From the NCBI GenBank assembly GCA_963796965.1, contig CAWCNS010000011.1, forward strand, positions 96,001 through 160,000: 64,000 nt of DNA, in the 5' to 3' direction. Positions within the stretch are counted from its first letter, which is position 1. Each line of letters begins with the position of its first letter. The position numbers and the translations under genes are program-made. The notes beneath the pieces are model-generated. The model was not told the DNA's origin. It did not search any database and was given only the letters and a program-made list of their open reading frames with translations. Below are positions 1 to 10,989 of this stretch, in pieces. Origin of the DNA: Calditrichia bacterium (lineage in GTDB: Bacteria; Calditrichota; Calditrichia; JAJRVZ01).

Positions 1-440
1 TGGCCAAAAAGAACAAAAACTATAAGGCATCCTATGAATACGTATTGCTTGCACAACAATTCAATCGCGATTCGAGATCCAATGTCAATTTTGAGATTGG
101 GCTCTACTATACCTGGGGAAGGCAATTATATTCAAGAAATGATTATATTGCCGCTTTTAGCGTTTTTGCCGATGGGTATTACCGCTATCCGGACAATGAA
201 GATTTCCTTAACAACACTTTGACTTCTTTTTACAAATCTTTACAACGCAGCTGGCAAATAAAAGATTGGCCTCTAACTGAACGTCTCATCGAAGAAATGA
301 TGATTCTGGATATTCTAAAAGCGAAGGACCATCGCACGCTTTCACAAATATTGAAAAACTGGCAGATGTATTTCAAGCGCAAAAATGATGAGCAATCTTC
401 CAACCAGGCTAATCATTTTTTGGAGAAATTTAGTAACTGA
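1..440 (+). CDS. C-terminal part of a helical (TPR-like) protein, starts before the window
   Basis: Frame open from position 3 (AKKNKNYKASYEYVLLAQQFN...) to TGA at 438-440; helical repeat-like pattern. Confidence 0.5.
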   Translation, partial: AKKNKNYKASYEYVLLAQQFNRDSRSNVNFEIGLYYTWGRQLYSRNDYIAAFSVFADGYYRYPDNEDFLNNTLTSFYKSLQRSWQIKDWPLTERLIEEMMILDILKAKDHRTLSQILKNWQMYFKRKNDEQSSNQANHFLEKFSN

Positions 441-571
441 TTTTGTGGAGAGAAAAGAGATAATTTATTAGATTCAAAATAGTTATGAAAATAGATCTTT
501 ATTTTTTATTCTGCCAGATGGTAAACGTTAGGTCTTGAAATTGTCATCATATAAATATTATTGCAAAAATT

Positions 572-1813
572 TTATTCGTATCTCAATGCTTCTATTGGAT
601 TTACTTCAGCGGCACGTTTAGCCGGAAAGGTACCAAAGATGACGCCAACCATGCCCGATACGGAGAAAGCCACAACCACTGAAAAGAGGGTAATAGACGT
701 TTCGAATTCTGCAATTCCATCAATAATTAATGACAGAATTACACCAAGAGATACGCCGATCAAACCACCAATCAAACTCAGGGTTACGGCCTCTATTATA
801 AACTGACTGATAATTTCTTTTCTTCGAGCCCCAAGTGCGCGCCTGATTCCTATCTCCCTTGTTCGTTCGAGAACTGTGGCAAGCATAATATTCATAATGC
901 CGATTCCTCCAACGAGAAGAGAAATTGAGGCAATTGATCCCAGCACCAAATTATATATCCGTCTTTCTTTTTCTTCCTGCTTTAATAACTCATAAGGAAT
1001 AACAATTTCATAATCTGCATTATCATGATGACGTCTATCCAAAATTCGGCTTATAATTGCAGCACTTTCAACCAATTTATTGGTGTCAGTAATTTTCACC
1101 GTTAACTGGTCTATTTCGCTGGCCAATTGCTCCTTTTTAGAAAACCTGGCAAGAAAAGATGAAAGAGGGATATAAATATCCTGATTCAGATTTCTTGCCG
1201 CCAATTCACCGACAGTCTCTGTAAAAAGCATTTTATTGCCCATAATACCCACTACCTCAAACCACTGGTCTCCTAATTTTACTTTTTTTCCAATAGGGTT
1301 CTCAACAGGAAAAAGTTTTTTCGCGGCATCAGCACCTAAAACACAAACCCGCATACTAAATTCATGGTTCTCTTTAGATAAAAATTTACCGAGATCTGTT
1401 GTATAATTGAGTATTTGCTGATATTCGGAGGTTATACCAACAATGGTGGATTCAGAAGATTTATCCGGCATACTTTGCTTCGTGTTTCTAATTCAGCCTG
1501 GGGGACAACCACTTCAACAGTAGGCAGTATCCGTTGAATTGCCTCTGCATCTTTAATTGTAAGGCCGGGAGAAAATTTCGCCCTGACTTTTTCCAAGTTC
1601 TTCTTCACTTAAGTTTTTATCCCGGATAATAATATTATTGATACCCAGAAATTTATATTTTTCCAAAGCAGCCCTCTTCGCACCCTCACCGATTGACAAC
1701 ATCGCTATTACCGCGCCAACACCAAAGATGATGCCCAACATCGTTAGAATGGATCGGAGTTTATGAACCTTAAGTCCGCCTATACTGAGTACTAATTGTT
1801 CTTCAAATTTCAT
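572..1813 (-). CDS. MacB/FtsX-family ABC transporter permease without ATPase domain (frameshifted ~1470-1570)
   Basis: N-part 'HKLRSILTMLGIIFGVGAVIAMLSIGEG'; C-part 'GGIGIMNIMLATVLERTREIGIRRALGA...PIEALRYE'. Confidence 0.9.
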
Positions 1814-3000
1814 TAAGATTCTTCCTGTTTAGGTGCATATATAGGCATATCTGACTTTTGAAGATTGCCATAAACAACAACTTGTTTGGGATTTCGCGGC
1901 CCTAACTTAACCGGGATCCTAATTTGATCTCCTTCTCTGCTCACATATATACAGAATCCTGTCTCCTCTTCATAAATATATTCTGTTTGAATATAAAACA
2001 CATCCTCTAACTCCGCCACAAAGATCTCAGAACTAATAGTCATTCCTGGCTTTAATATCGGATCGTTATCATCAAGTAATATTTCCACATCAAAGACTTT
2101 AATTTGAGAATCATCATCTTCAGAATGACACATTTTTGAAATTGATGTAATAACACCATGGAATGCTCTTTGGGGGAAGGCATCTAAGCGTACCATAGCT
2201 GATTGTCCAATTAATATCTTTTTTACATCTCTTTCATTCACTGTTATTGCAGCTTTCATTTTACTCAGATCCGGGAGACCTATAATAGGCTCCCCGGGCC
2301 AAAATTCATCCCCAATACTGATTTTCCTTCGTGGCCTGCCCCTTCTGCGATATTCTATCATTCCATCGGCAGGCGCAAGTAATGTAAACCGACTAACCGT
2401 ATCATGAGCATTTAGGATTGCACGCTCCTGATTTTTTATCTTTTCTTCTAATATAAATTTTTCTTCTTTTTGTATTTGTTCACCATATAGAATTTTTGCT
2501 TTTAATTTATCAATTTCCAATTTACACATGTGATGCTCAATTTGTGATTGCTCTTTTTTTGCGATCGATTCAAATTGAACACTTAAGGTGTCAATTTCAG
2601 ACAACCTTAATGCAGCTTCTGCTGATTCCAATTCTGATTCCCATTGCCTGAGAGATGATTTATGTTCGATTAATAATTTCTGATAATCAGCCTGGGCAAT
2701 GGCCAGTTCGGATTCCGTTTGCACCAAGATGCGGATTACATTAGAGGTATCAACCTGGGCAACATACGCGCCTTTTTTAACGATCGTACCTTCGATTCCC
2801 ATATCAACAATTTTTGTTTTTCCATAATGCCAGCTAAAGTCAGGCATATTTATCATCTTGGAGTTCACAGCATGCAACTCACCGCTCTCCGTAAGCGTCG
2901 CTTTAAAATTTCCCCAATGAAGGCTTTTTATATTATCTTGGACTCTGGAACAACCACAAACGAAAAGGACAAATATAAAAGTAAAGGATACATTTTTCAT
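1813..3000 (-). CDS. Efflux periplasmic adaptor (MFP/HlyD-MacA family) lipoprotein #3
   Basis: Lipobox-like VCGC, coiled coil, 'LLAPADG', 'VNERDV..I.IGQ', 'LKPGMT'; start overlaps stop of upstream gene. Confidence 0.88.
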   Translation of the reverse strand: MKNVSFTFIFVLFVCGCSRVQDNIKSLHWGNFKATLTESGELHAVNSKMINMPDFSWHYGKTKIVDMGIEGTIVKKGAYVAQVDTSNVIRILVQTESELAIAQADYQKLLIEHKSSLRQWESELESAEAALRLSEIDTLSVQFESIAKKEQSQIEHHMCKLEIDKLKAKILYGEQIQKEEKFILEEKIKNQERAILNAHDTVSRFTLLAPADGMIEYRRRGRPRRKISIGDEFWPGEPIIGLPDLSKMKAAITVNERDVKKILIGQSAMVRLDAFPQRAFHGVITSISKMCHSEDDDSQIKVFDVEILLDDNDPILKPGMTISSEIFVAELEDVFYIQTEYIYEEETGFCIYVSREGDQIRIPVKLGPRNPKQVVVYGNLQKSDMPIYAPKQEES

Positions 3001-4277
3001 GAATCGCCTTTCTTTTTATCATCCTCACGACTATAAGCATCTATAACTATCTGGGGATTAACCAGAGACACTTTATCATTTTCTTCTAATCCTTCGGAAA
3101 TTACCACGAAATTATCATTTTCGGGGCCTGTCTTTATTGGTTGTTTCTTGAACTCCGAACCATTCTTCAAAAACACATAAGGTCCACTTTCGTCCTTGAA
3201 TATTGCATCTAATGGAACAAATAACGTATCATCTATACTATCAACTAATACCTCACAACTTACCGTCATCCCTGGCATTAATCTTTTGTCGTTCTCTTCA
3301 AGTAATAATACAACATCAAATATTTTCACCTTAGAATCTCTGTCCTTATTTCTGGCCAGGGCTGCCACATTGATGACACGCGCCTTAAAACCGGTATCCG
3401 GATAGGCATCCATTGTAATTGTTGCCATTTGCGTTGTATCAATTTTTGAGATATCTACCTCATTTATCATAACTTTTGCCTGCATCAGGGTAAGATCAGG
3501 TAGTCGTAAAACTTGCTGGCCACGCCACATCTGATCATCGGCCTGAAATTTATTTCCGGTTTGCCAGTTTCTCCTTATGATGGCAATTCCCGGAGCCGGA
3601 GCTCTTACAGTGAGTCTTTCAATAGTTCCTTTTGCCTCTTCTAATTTGGTTTGAGCCTGCCGCACTTTTAATTTTAGTTTGCTGATTTCTTGCTTATTGA
3701 TATGAATTTGATTCTGTATCTTTTCCTTGGCCCGATTTAGATCTATCTCAGCATTCTTTAGTTGAAGTTCAATCTTTTTTTGTTCAATCTTTGATTTATG
3801 ATTGGCCAGTTCAAAATTCAATTGAGCAATACGGAGTTGTAATTGGGCTTTCTCAAAATCTGCTTCCATTTCTTTTACTTGCGATTTTTGAGTTGCAGAT
3901 GCCTTTCGTAATTCGGCCTGGGCAATTTCTAACTCCGATTGGGCATCTTCCATACTTTTCTGCACCTGTCCTTTATCAAATTCAATTAATATATCATTTG
4001 CCTCCACCTCAGTACCGTCGTCAACAATTTTAGTGATTTTTAGTGATCCCAGATTCCAGGGAATTTGAGGTGCTGATATGGTGAGTGCATTAACAGCCTC
4101 CAACTCCCCAGTTTCTGTGACTGTAAACAGAAAATCTCCCCTATGGACCTGGGATGTTTCAATGCGGTTATCATTTTCGCCTCCACAGCCTATCAATAAT
4201 TGAATAAAAATGATAATCACTGAATATAACTGCGTGTTTATTACTATAGATAAATATTTTTCTTTATGAGTTAACAT
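2997..4277 (-). CDS. Efflux periplasmic adaptor (MFP) #2
   Basis: 'ETGELEA', long coiled coil, 'VRAPAPG', 'INEVDISKI', 'LMPGMTVS'. Confidence 0.9.
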   Translation of the reverse strand: MLTHKEKYLSIVINTQLYSVIIIFIQLLIGCGGENDNRIETSQVHRGDFLFTVTETGELEAVNALTISAPQIPWNLGSLKITKIVDDGTEVEANDILIEFDKGQVQKSMEDAQSELEIAQAELRKASATQKSQVKEMEADFEKAQLQLRIAQLNFELANHKSKIEQKKIELQLKNAEIDLNRAKEKIQNQIHINKQEISKLKLKVRQAQTKLEEAKGTIERLTVRAPAPGIAIIRRNWQTGNKFQADDQMWRGQQVLRLPDLTLMQAKVMINEVDISKIDTTQMATITMDAYPDTGFKARVINVAALARNKDRDSKVKIFDVVLLLEENDKRLMPGMTVSCEVLVDSIDDTLFVPLDAIFKDESGPYVFLKNGSEFKKQPIKTGPENDNFVVISEGLEENDKVSLVNPQIVIDAYSREDDKKKGDS

Positions 4278-4304
4278 TATAAGAAACCATTCATAGATTT
4301 TTGG

Positions 4305-5661
4305 TTATGGAATTGATACAACTATTTCCTTCTTAAGTGAATCAATACTTTTTTTCCTCTTAATTTCTGTATCTGATGAATCAATCTTCAATTCTTCTTC
4401 TACAGAGATCGACAGGTGTTCAGGCCAATCGATATCATCTTCATTTGGTTCTTGAAAAGCGATATCTTCCCCACTTTTAAGCCCACTTCGGATAAGAACA
4501 TATTCTTCACTTTGCCGATCTATCTTAATTGCACGCGGTTCAAAATTTCCTCCATTTTGAATATATATTATTTTAAGACTATCTTTATTAAATACACATT
4601 CGTGAGGAACGGCAAAGAATTCTTCCTTTTTGCTAATAAATATCTTCCCTCTTGCTGAGATTCCCGGCACTATGGTTGTCCCACATGAATCTAGTTCCAC
4701 CAGCACTTCTACTTTTTTGACTTTCGACCTTCGTTTGATTGGTTTAGCTATACGATTTACTTTACTCACCTTTCCACTCAAAATAAGTCCACCAAATGAG
4801 AAAGAGGAAATTTCTGCTCTTTGTCCCTCTTTACATCTCTGGGCTGCTGTTTCACCCAATTTAAGTTTGAGTTGCATTATCCGTAAATCGGGGATTTCCA
4901 CAATGGGTCGTTGGGGATGCAATTGATCGCCTTCTTTAATTTTATTACCATACCAATCCTCAGCATATATCACAATGCCATCCACAGGGGCTAAAATTTT
5001 TAATTTTTTGAGATGTTGCTTCTGCCTGGTCTCGTTTCCTTTTTTCTTGTTTTATTTTTAACTGCAATCGGAGTCGCTCTTCCTTTTGGATTGCTTCTAA
5101 GGAACCTAACTTATTTTCCAATTTGCGTAAATCAATCTCATTTTTTTCGATTTCTAACTTCTCGATTTCTTGTTTTCGTGCTGGTTCAAAGGAAAGATTC
5201 TCCAGACGTAGTCGTGAAACAGCAACAGAGGCTTCCAGACTCTTTACCTGCGATTCTAAGAGAAGACGTTCTAACTCTAATTCAGTCTTGCGCTTTTCCG
5301 CTTCTGCTTTGGCAATTTCCAGTTCATTGTTCGCAGTGAGATAAATATTTTCAATTGCCTCACTCTCAAGTTGTACAACCAAATCCCCTTTTTTAACTGT
5401 TTTACCCTCTTGTACAATATGCGCTATTTTAAGGCTTTGATGATTTAAATTTGGTGTAACAATAGTATAGGATTTTTTTGCTTCTATTACACCATTTTCA
5501 TCAATCGTTATGGCATGTTGCGACTTTATCACTTTATAGGTGATGGTTAAGGATTGTTCGCCTGTACCGCATGATAATAATACCAGTAATAGAAAAGTAA
5601 AATAGACAATATTTACAAGTTTTGCATTATTTCTATAAGCAAAATAGCGGGTCTGAAACAT
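4305..5661 (-). CDS. Efflux periplasmic adaptor (MFP) #1 (frameshift ~4985-5020; start uncertain)
   Basis: ORFs 4960-5775 and 4305-4985 join into one MFP: 'LLSC' lipobox, 'VQEGKTVKKGD', coiled coil, 'IVPGISA'. Confidence 0.82.
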
Positions 5662-5909
5662 ATGAAGTATCAAAGTTTTACTACCCTTAGCACTGCTTTT
5701 ATATATATAAATGGTAATAATATTGACAACAGGTAATCTATAATTAATATATCTATATTTATACCGTATAATCAAAATATATTTAAATTAGTTAACTTAA
5801 TTTATTCCTGTTTGTATGGTACAATTTTCCTATATTTATTTAGAACTCTCTTAGACGTAAATAGTTTGATATTTACAGAACGCTAAAATTTTTGGTGATG
5901 AGGATTTAT

Positions 5910-7402
5910 ATGAATCTAAATAAACCAGCCATATTTTTATTTATATTATTTATTACATCCATATTTGGCCAGGAGATTTACCATCTCGATTTACCAAAAT
6001 GTCTTGAAATTGCAGCAGATAAAAACTATCAAATGCGAAGGCTGAGAGAGAACCTGGTCGAATCTGAACATCTTCTTGAATCGGCCACGAATCGATTTAA
6101 GACCCAGGTCAATCTTTACATTACTGCACCACGCTATACAGAAACTAGAAATCGTTTTGAAGATAGCCTCGGTGTCTATTATTATCCCATCAGGCAGTTT
6201 GATTATAGAACCGCTCTTGAAATAAGCCAACCCCTACCCACGGATGGCCGCTTATTTCTAAGTTCAGAAATATATGCATTGGAGGACTATGAAATTGATC
6301 GTAACCTGGTGAGATTTTCAACAAGAATTGGATTCTCCCAACCGCTTCAGTCATTTTACTCATATAACGAGCTCCAATCTGACTTGAGAACGGCAGAATT
6401 AAGTTATGAAATATCACAGAAACAGTTAGCACGGGCTGAGCTTGATATAAATTATGAGGTCAGCCAGACCTTTTATGGATTGATTGCCGCCCTTGAACGT
6501 GAAAAGATTTCCAGACAAACCTTAGAAGCGCAAATTGATGCAACCGAATTGGCGCAAAATAAATATAAGGCGGGTGTTATTGCAGAAGTCGAAGCGCTAC
6601 AAATGGAGGTGGATCTTGCTCAGGAATTGAATAATTACGATATTGCCAGGGTTGATCGGATTTCCCAGGAGAATTTCCTAAAACAATTGTTAGAAATTTC
6701 ATTGAAAGATTCTATTTCTGTGACAAGCGATCTGGGTTATGATATCGTTGAGGTAGACCTTGAGCAAGCTTATTGAATCTGGGCTAAAGCATCGCCTGGA
6801 GATCAGAGAGATGGAAATTGAAAGTGAGTTAGCAGAAATAAGTATAAGGCGAATACGTGTACAGGGGCAAATAACGGGCAGTATATTTGCCTTTTATGAT
6901 TTTATTGGGGTAAGCAGTGATGAACGTTTTCGTGGCATGCCCTACAGTTTTAATAATGCCTGGAATGAGTTAAAACAACGCCCCGGGAATAAGGGCATTT
7001 CCCTCAATATCACAATTCCCATTTGGAACTGGGGGGTCATATCCTCACGGGTTGAGGCAGCCAGGGCAAATTATCGTAAAACAAAATATTCTATCGATAA
7101 TGAAAAAGTTCAGGTAGAAAGAGAGATCCGTGATCTGGTAGCGCGGAATAAAAGTAGTTTGAAAAGATTGCAGATTCTGGAAAAAAATATTGAATTAGCA
7201 AAAAAGAGTTTTGAAATCAGCAAAGACCGGTATGCCCGGGGTGAAATTGACAGCCAGGCCCTCGCCTTAGATAGAAACAGAACCAGTAACGCCTATCTTA
7301 CCCACCTGCAGGCATATATTAGACTATAAATTATTATTAATTGACCTGATCCGAACAACTTTTTACGATTTTGAAAACAAAAAATCGCTTGTTGATGAAT
7401 AA
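5910..7402 (+). CDS. TolC-family outer membrane efflux protein (frameshifts ~6770 and ~7320)
   Basis: Two OEP repeats: 'AQNKYKAGVIAEVEALQMEVD', 'ISLNITIPIWNWG', 'DRYARGEID'; C-terminus continues ...DFENKKSLVDE* in another frame. Confidence 0.88.
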
Positions 7403-7407
7403 ACCTG

Positions 7408-7776
7408 TTAACTAATACTGACACTCAGAACTTCATCCACTTTATTCTTTATTGCTGCCGCACAAAAAGGTTTCTCAAAAAAGCGATCTTTCAGTATTAA
7501 TTTCGCTCTCCTGGCAAGATCTGATGTCGGGAAAGCTGTCATCCCGATAAAGGGTACATCTTTTTTATCATCATAGGTATTTCGCATTAACTGAACACCA
7601 TCACCATTATTAAGATATAAATCAGAAATCACAATATCGTAATCGAATGCGCGGATTGCACTCATCGCTTCATTAAAATCGGAAGCGAATCCCACATCAT
7701 AACCCAGATCTTCAAACTCAAATCGTAAGGCCTGACGAATTGATCTCTCATCCTCCACGATTAATATTTTACGCAT
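7408..7776 (-). CDS. Single-domain response regulator (receiver only)
   Basis: 'ILIVEDE', 'VISDLYL' phospho-Asp, 'MTAF', 'FEKPF'. Confidence 0.9.
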   Translation of the reverse strand: MRKILIVEDERSIRQALRFEFEDLGYDVGFASDFNEAMSAIRAFDYDIVISDLYLNNGDGVQLMRNTYDDKKDVPFIGMTAFPTSDLARRAKLILKDRFFEKPFCAAAIKNKVDEVLSVSIS

Positions 7777-7808
7777 ACTTATCTCCTATAGATTATCTCT
7801 ATTATAAT

Positions 7809-7824
7809 TACAATTTTCATGCCA
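7809..7824 (-). promoter_or_regulatory. sigma54 -24/-12 promoter for the receiver gene
   Basis: Minus strand TGGCATGAAAATTGTA (GG-N10-GT variant of TGGCACG-N4-TTGC), about 33 bp before ATG. Confidence 0.7.
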
Positions 7825-7930
7825 ATATTCAGCAAATAAGCCCTCCACGCAACAACCAATCCTAATCACAATATTAACAACATCTTACAATGTATTTCCA
7901 TTTTTCTATACTTTTTACCTGTAATATAAT

Positions 7931-7971
7931 ATGTGAACAAAACTTCACATTATGTGAACAAAACTTCACAT
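7931..7971. promoter_or_regulatory. Tandem palindromic enhancer-like site 1
   Basis: ATGTGAAcaaaacTTCACAT-t-ATGTGAAcaaaacTTCACAT, 21-bp period; overlaps stop codon of the NtrC-type gene. Confidence 0.8.
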
Positions 7972-9378
7972 TTTGCCTATTCCCATCTGTTTTAATTTTT
8001 TGCTTAACCATTCGCGTGAGATACCGGCTTCTGCCGCTGCTGAATTCAGTTTCCAGTCATTAAAATCCATCAATCGTCTATAGTAAATTTTTTCAAATCT
8101 CTGAAGGGCTTTTTTAAAAGGTAATTTTTTATCAGAACCTTGGCCTGGATAAAGCCTATCTTCTTCCTTTACAGAGCCAACACTATTAAACAGTTTTTTA
8201 TTGATGGACAGATCTTTTGCATCGATTTTATTATTCTCACAAAGGACAAAGGCATCTTCAATAATATTTCGTAACTCCCTGACATTGCCATAAAACTGAT
8301 ACTTTTTTATCAGATCCATTGCCTGGTGGGAGATAGTAATATTTCGTTTTCTCTCCCGATTAAATTTTTCCATATAAAATTTTGCCAGCATTGGAATATC
8401 CGCTTTGCGTTCTCTCAAAGGGGCCACTTCAATATTGATGACACTTAGTCTAAAATACAGATCTTCACGAAAGCCCCCTTCGCGGACGAGTTGCTGGAGA
8501 TTTCTGTTGGTTGCAGCAAGGATCATTATATCCACATCAACAGGTACTTTCCCTCCAATACGGTAGAAACTTTTTTCTTCCAGAACCCGCAACAACCTTA
8601 CCTGGAGCGGGAGAGGGAGTTCAGCAATTTCATCAAGAAAGATAATTCCATTCCTGGCTATTTCAAATTTTCCCTGCCGTGCAGAGTAGGCACCGGTAAA
8701 GGATCCCTTTTCATGGCCAAAAAACTCACTTTCAATTAGATTATCTGGAATCGCAGCACAATTAATCGGGACAAACGGACCATTTTTACGTGGGCTCATG
8801 AGATGGATATTTCGGGCAACCAGATCCTTTCCGGTACCACTCTCGCCATGTATTAAACAGGTTGATTTGCCATCTGCTGCAATCTTTTTAATCTTTTTCT
8901 TTAAATCCTTTATTACAGTAGATTCCCCGATAATCTTATAGTCTGAGAATTGCTGTTGAATCGTCTCCTTAAGAATGCGATTCTCTATTTCGAGTTGTTC
9001 TATCTTCTGTTTATTTTTTAAAAGGGTGTCGATCCGGAATGACAATTCATCCAGATTAAATCCCTTTGCAATAAAATCATCTGCCCCGGCTTTCATCGTA
9101 TTAATGGCATTTTCAACCGTATCAAATGCCGTCATGACTAAGATGGATGGCTGATACCATTGTGAGCGGGCCTTCGTTATGATTTCAAGACCATCGCTGG
9201 TTTCAGGAACCATTAAATCAGATAGTACCAGATCAAATTCATTTTTTTCTATATGTTTCAAAGCTTTTGGCTTGTCTGAAGCTGTGACAACACTATAATC
9301 CTCTTGATCTTGAAGATGAAGTTCAATTCCCCTTAACATTGTCTGGTCATCATCAACCACTAAAATCTGATACATCAT
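7966..9378 (-). CDS. sigma54-dependent response regulator (NtrC/AtoC family: REC-AAA+-Fis HTH)
   Basis: Receiver 'VVDDD...SDLMVP', Walker A GESGTGKD, GSFTGA loop, 'FLDEI', 'FREDLYFRL', 'GNVRELRN', C-terminal HTH. Confidence 0.95.
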   Translation of the reverse strand: MMYQILVVDDDQTMLRGIELHLQDQEDYSVVTASDKPKALKHIEKNEFDLVLSDLMVPETSDGLEIITKARSQWYQPSILVMTAFDTVENAINTMKAGADDFIAKGFNLDELSFRIDTLLKNKQKIEQLEIENRILKETIQQQFSDYKIIGESTVIKDLKKKIKKIAADGKSTCLIHGESGTGKDLVARNIHLMSPRKNGPFVPINCAAIPDNLIESEFFGHEKGSFTGAYSARQGKFEIARNGIIFLDEIAELPLPLQVRLLRVLEEKSFYRIGGKVPVDVDIMILAATNRNLQQLVREGGFREDLYFRLSVINIEVAPLRERKADIPMLAKFYMEKFNRERKRNITISHQAMDLIKKYQFYGNVRELRNIIEDAFVLCENNKIDAKDLSINKKLFNSVGSVKEEDRLYPGQGSDKKLPFKKALQRFEKIYYRRLMDFNDWKLNSAAAEAGISREWLSKKLKQMGIGKM

Positions 9379-9568
9379 ATAACCTTTTTTAATAATTATA
9401 GCTTATTAAATATTCATGTTTTCTCTGTAAAACCATTAAGAACAATATTTGCATAGAGCATAGCGCAAAGCGCTAATTCAAGTGCCCTGCGCTATGCTCA
9501 AGGCACTTTGCGATTAGCCTAAGTGAACTACAGCACTATTCATATATTTCGTGCAGATAATAAAAATA

Positions 9569-10988
9569 TCAGTGCAGATCTGGTAGGGTAATGATAAACT
9601 GTGAACCTACGCCTTTCTCACTTTTAACATCTATGCGTCCCTGATGCAAGATGACTGCCTTTTTGACCATTGCCAAACCCAGGCCATGGCCCTGTTCTTT
9701 ATTGGAGAAAAAGGGTCTAAATATTTTATTGATGCGATCATCGGCTATTCCTACGCCTGTATCCGCAATTTTAATGACCGTCTCATATCCAGCTCTTTTT
9801 GTTTCAATGTTTATATCACCATCCTCCAGAATGGCTTCAGTGGCATTATTTAATAGATTTCGAATAGCCATGCTTAACAACTGATAATCGCCCTGTATTT
9901 CAGGAATAACCGGATCATAATTGCGCTTTATAGGGATAGATTTATCCACAATCGCCTTAACCTCCTCCTCAATTAACTCATTTAATTGTAGGGGTTTTTT
10001 TGAGATTTTTGTCCATCTTGCGATATCAAGGGTTTTGCCAATAAAATCTTCCAACTTCTGTGTAGCCAACAGAATTTCTGTTGAATACTTTTTTAGAGGA
10101 TCCTTCTCATCAATACGGCGATGCATCCCATCAGCTAAAAGGTGAATCCCACTGAGGGGATTCTTTAAATCATGAATGATATAGGCTGCAAATTCACCAA
10201 TCATAATCAGACTTTCATTGGAGATCTTCTCCTCAATCATATTTTTAAGATCGAGGGAGAGCTTATTCAGAGAATGCACCAGATGGCCGATCTCATCCTC
10301 CCTTTCTAATTCTAGAGTCGCCTCAAGATCTCCACGTCCATAAGATTCTGCTAATCCGGCAGCCTGCCGGATTGGCCGGGAAATGGATCTGGCCAAAGTA
10401 TAGGAAAGGAAAAGACTGATAAAAATTGCTATCAATCCGATTACTAATATTGTATTGAATAAACCCGCATAAGTATCCTCGACACTATAAGATATACGGG
10501 CAATACCAATTTTTTCATTTAGAATTGATATCGGTACAGCAGTTTCCCAAATCTCTGCCCCGCTGGGGAGAAGTCGTTTCTCGAATAGAACCCTCTCCGA
10601 AATAAGGGCTTTTACTGTTAAGAATCATGATAAATCTCACCACGCTTTTCCGGTATATCAGTCGGCAATAACTTGACCATTTATGTCCAGAATGGCAATC
10701 GAATCAACATCCGGGTTTTCAATCATACTGTCAATTAAGAGTTGGAGAGTACTATAATCATCCACAGAGTATAGCATTTAAACTAGTATAAGCCAGAGTT
10801 TTGGCAAGACTGAAAGCCTTTCCTCGTGCCTGGCGGGCCAACATTTGTTTCTGGAAATAAAAAACTGCTGCAGAGACAAAAACAGAATTAAAATCACCAG
10901 GGTGGTAAAATATATAAAGATCTTTGGCTGTAGATTTCACCCGCCGCATAAAGGGGATGAGTTCTCTTATATTTGTTTTAACTTTCAT
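9569..10988 (-). CDS. Membrane sensor histidine kinase with HAMP domain (N-terminal sensor part frameshifted)
   Basis: H-box 'IIHDLKNPLSGI', N-box 'NLLNNATEA', 'DTGVGI', 'FRPFFS', 'GHGLGL'; HAMP 'REDEIGHL'; N-terminal TM/periplasmic fragments from ATG 10988. Confidence 0.88.
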
Positions 10989-10989
10989 G

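Noticed and set aside
5817..5833. TGGTACAATTTTCCTA as a sigma54 promoter for tolC
   Set aside because: The -12 element lacks G(C/T) and no enhancer palindrome is nearby; too weak to call
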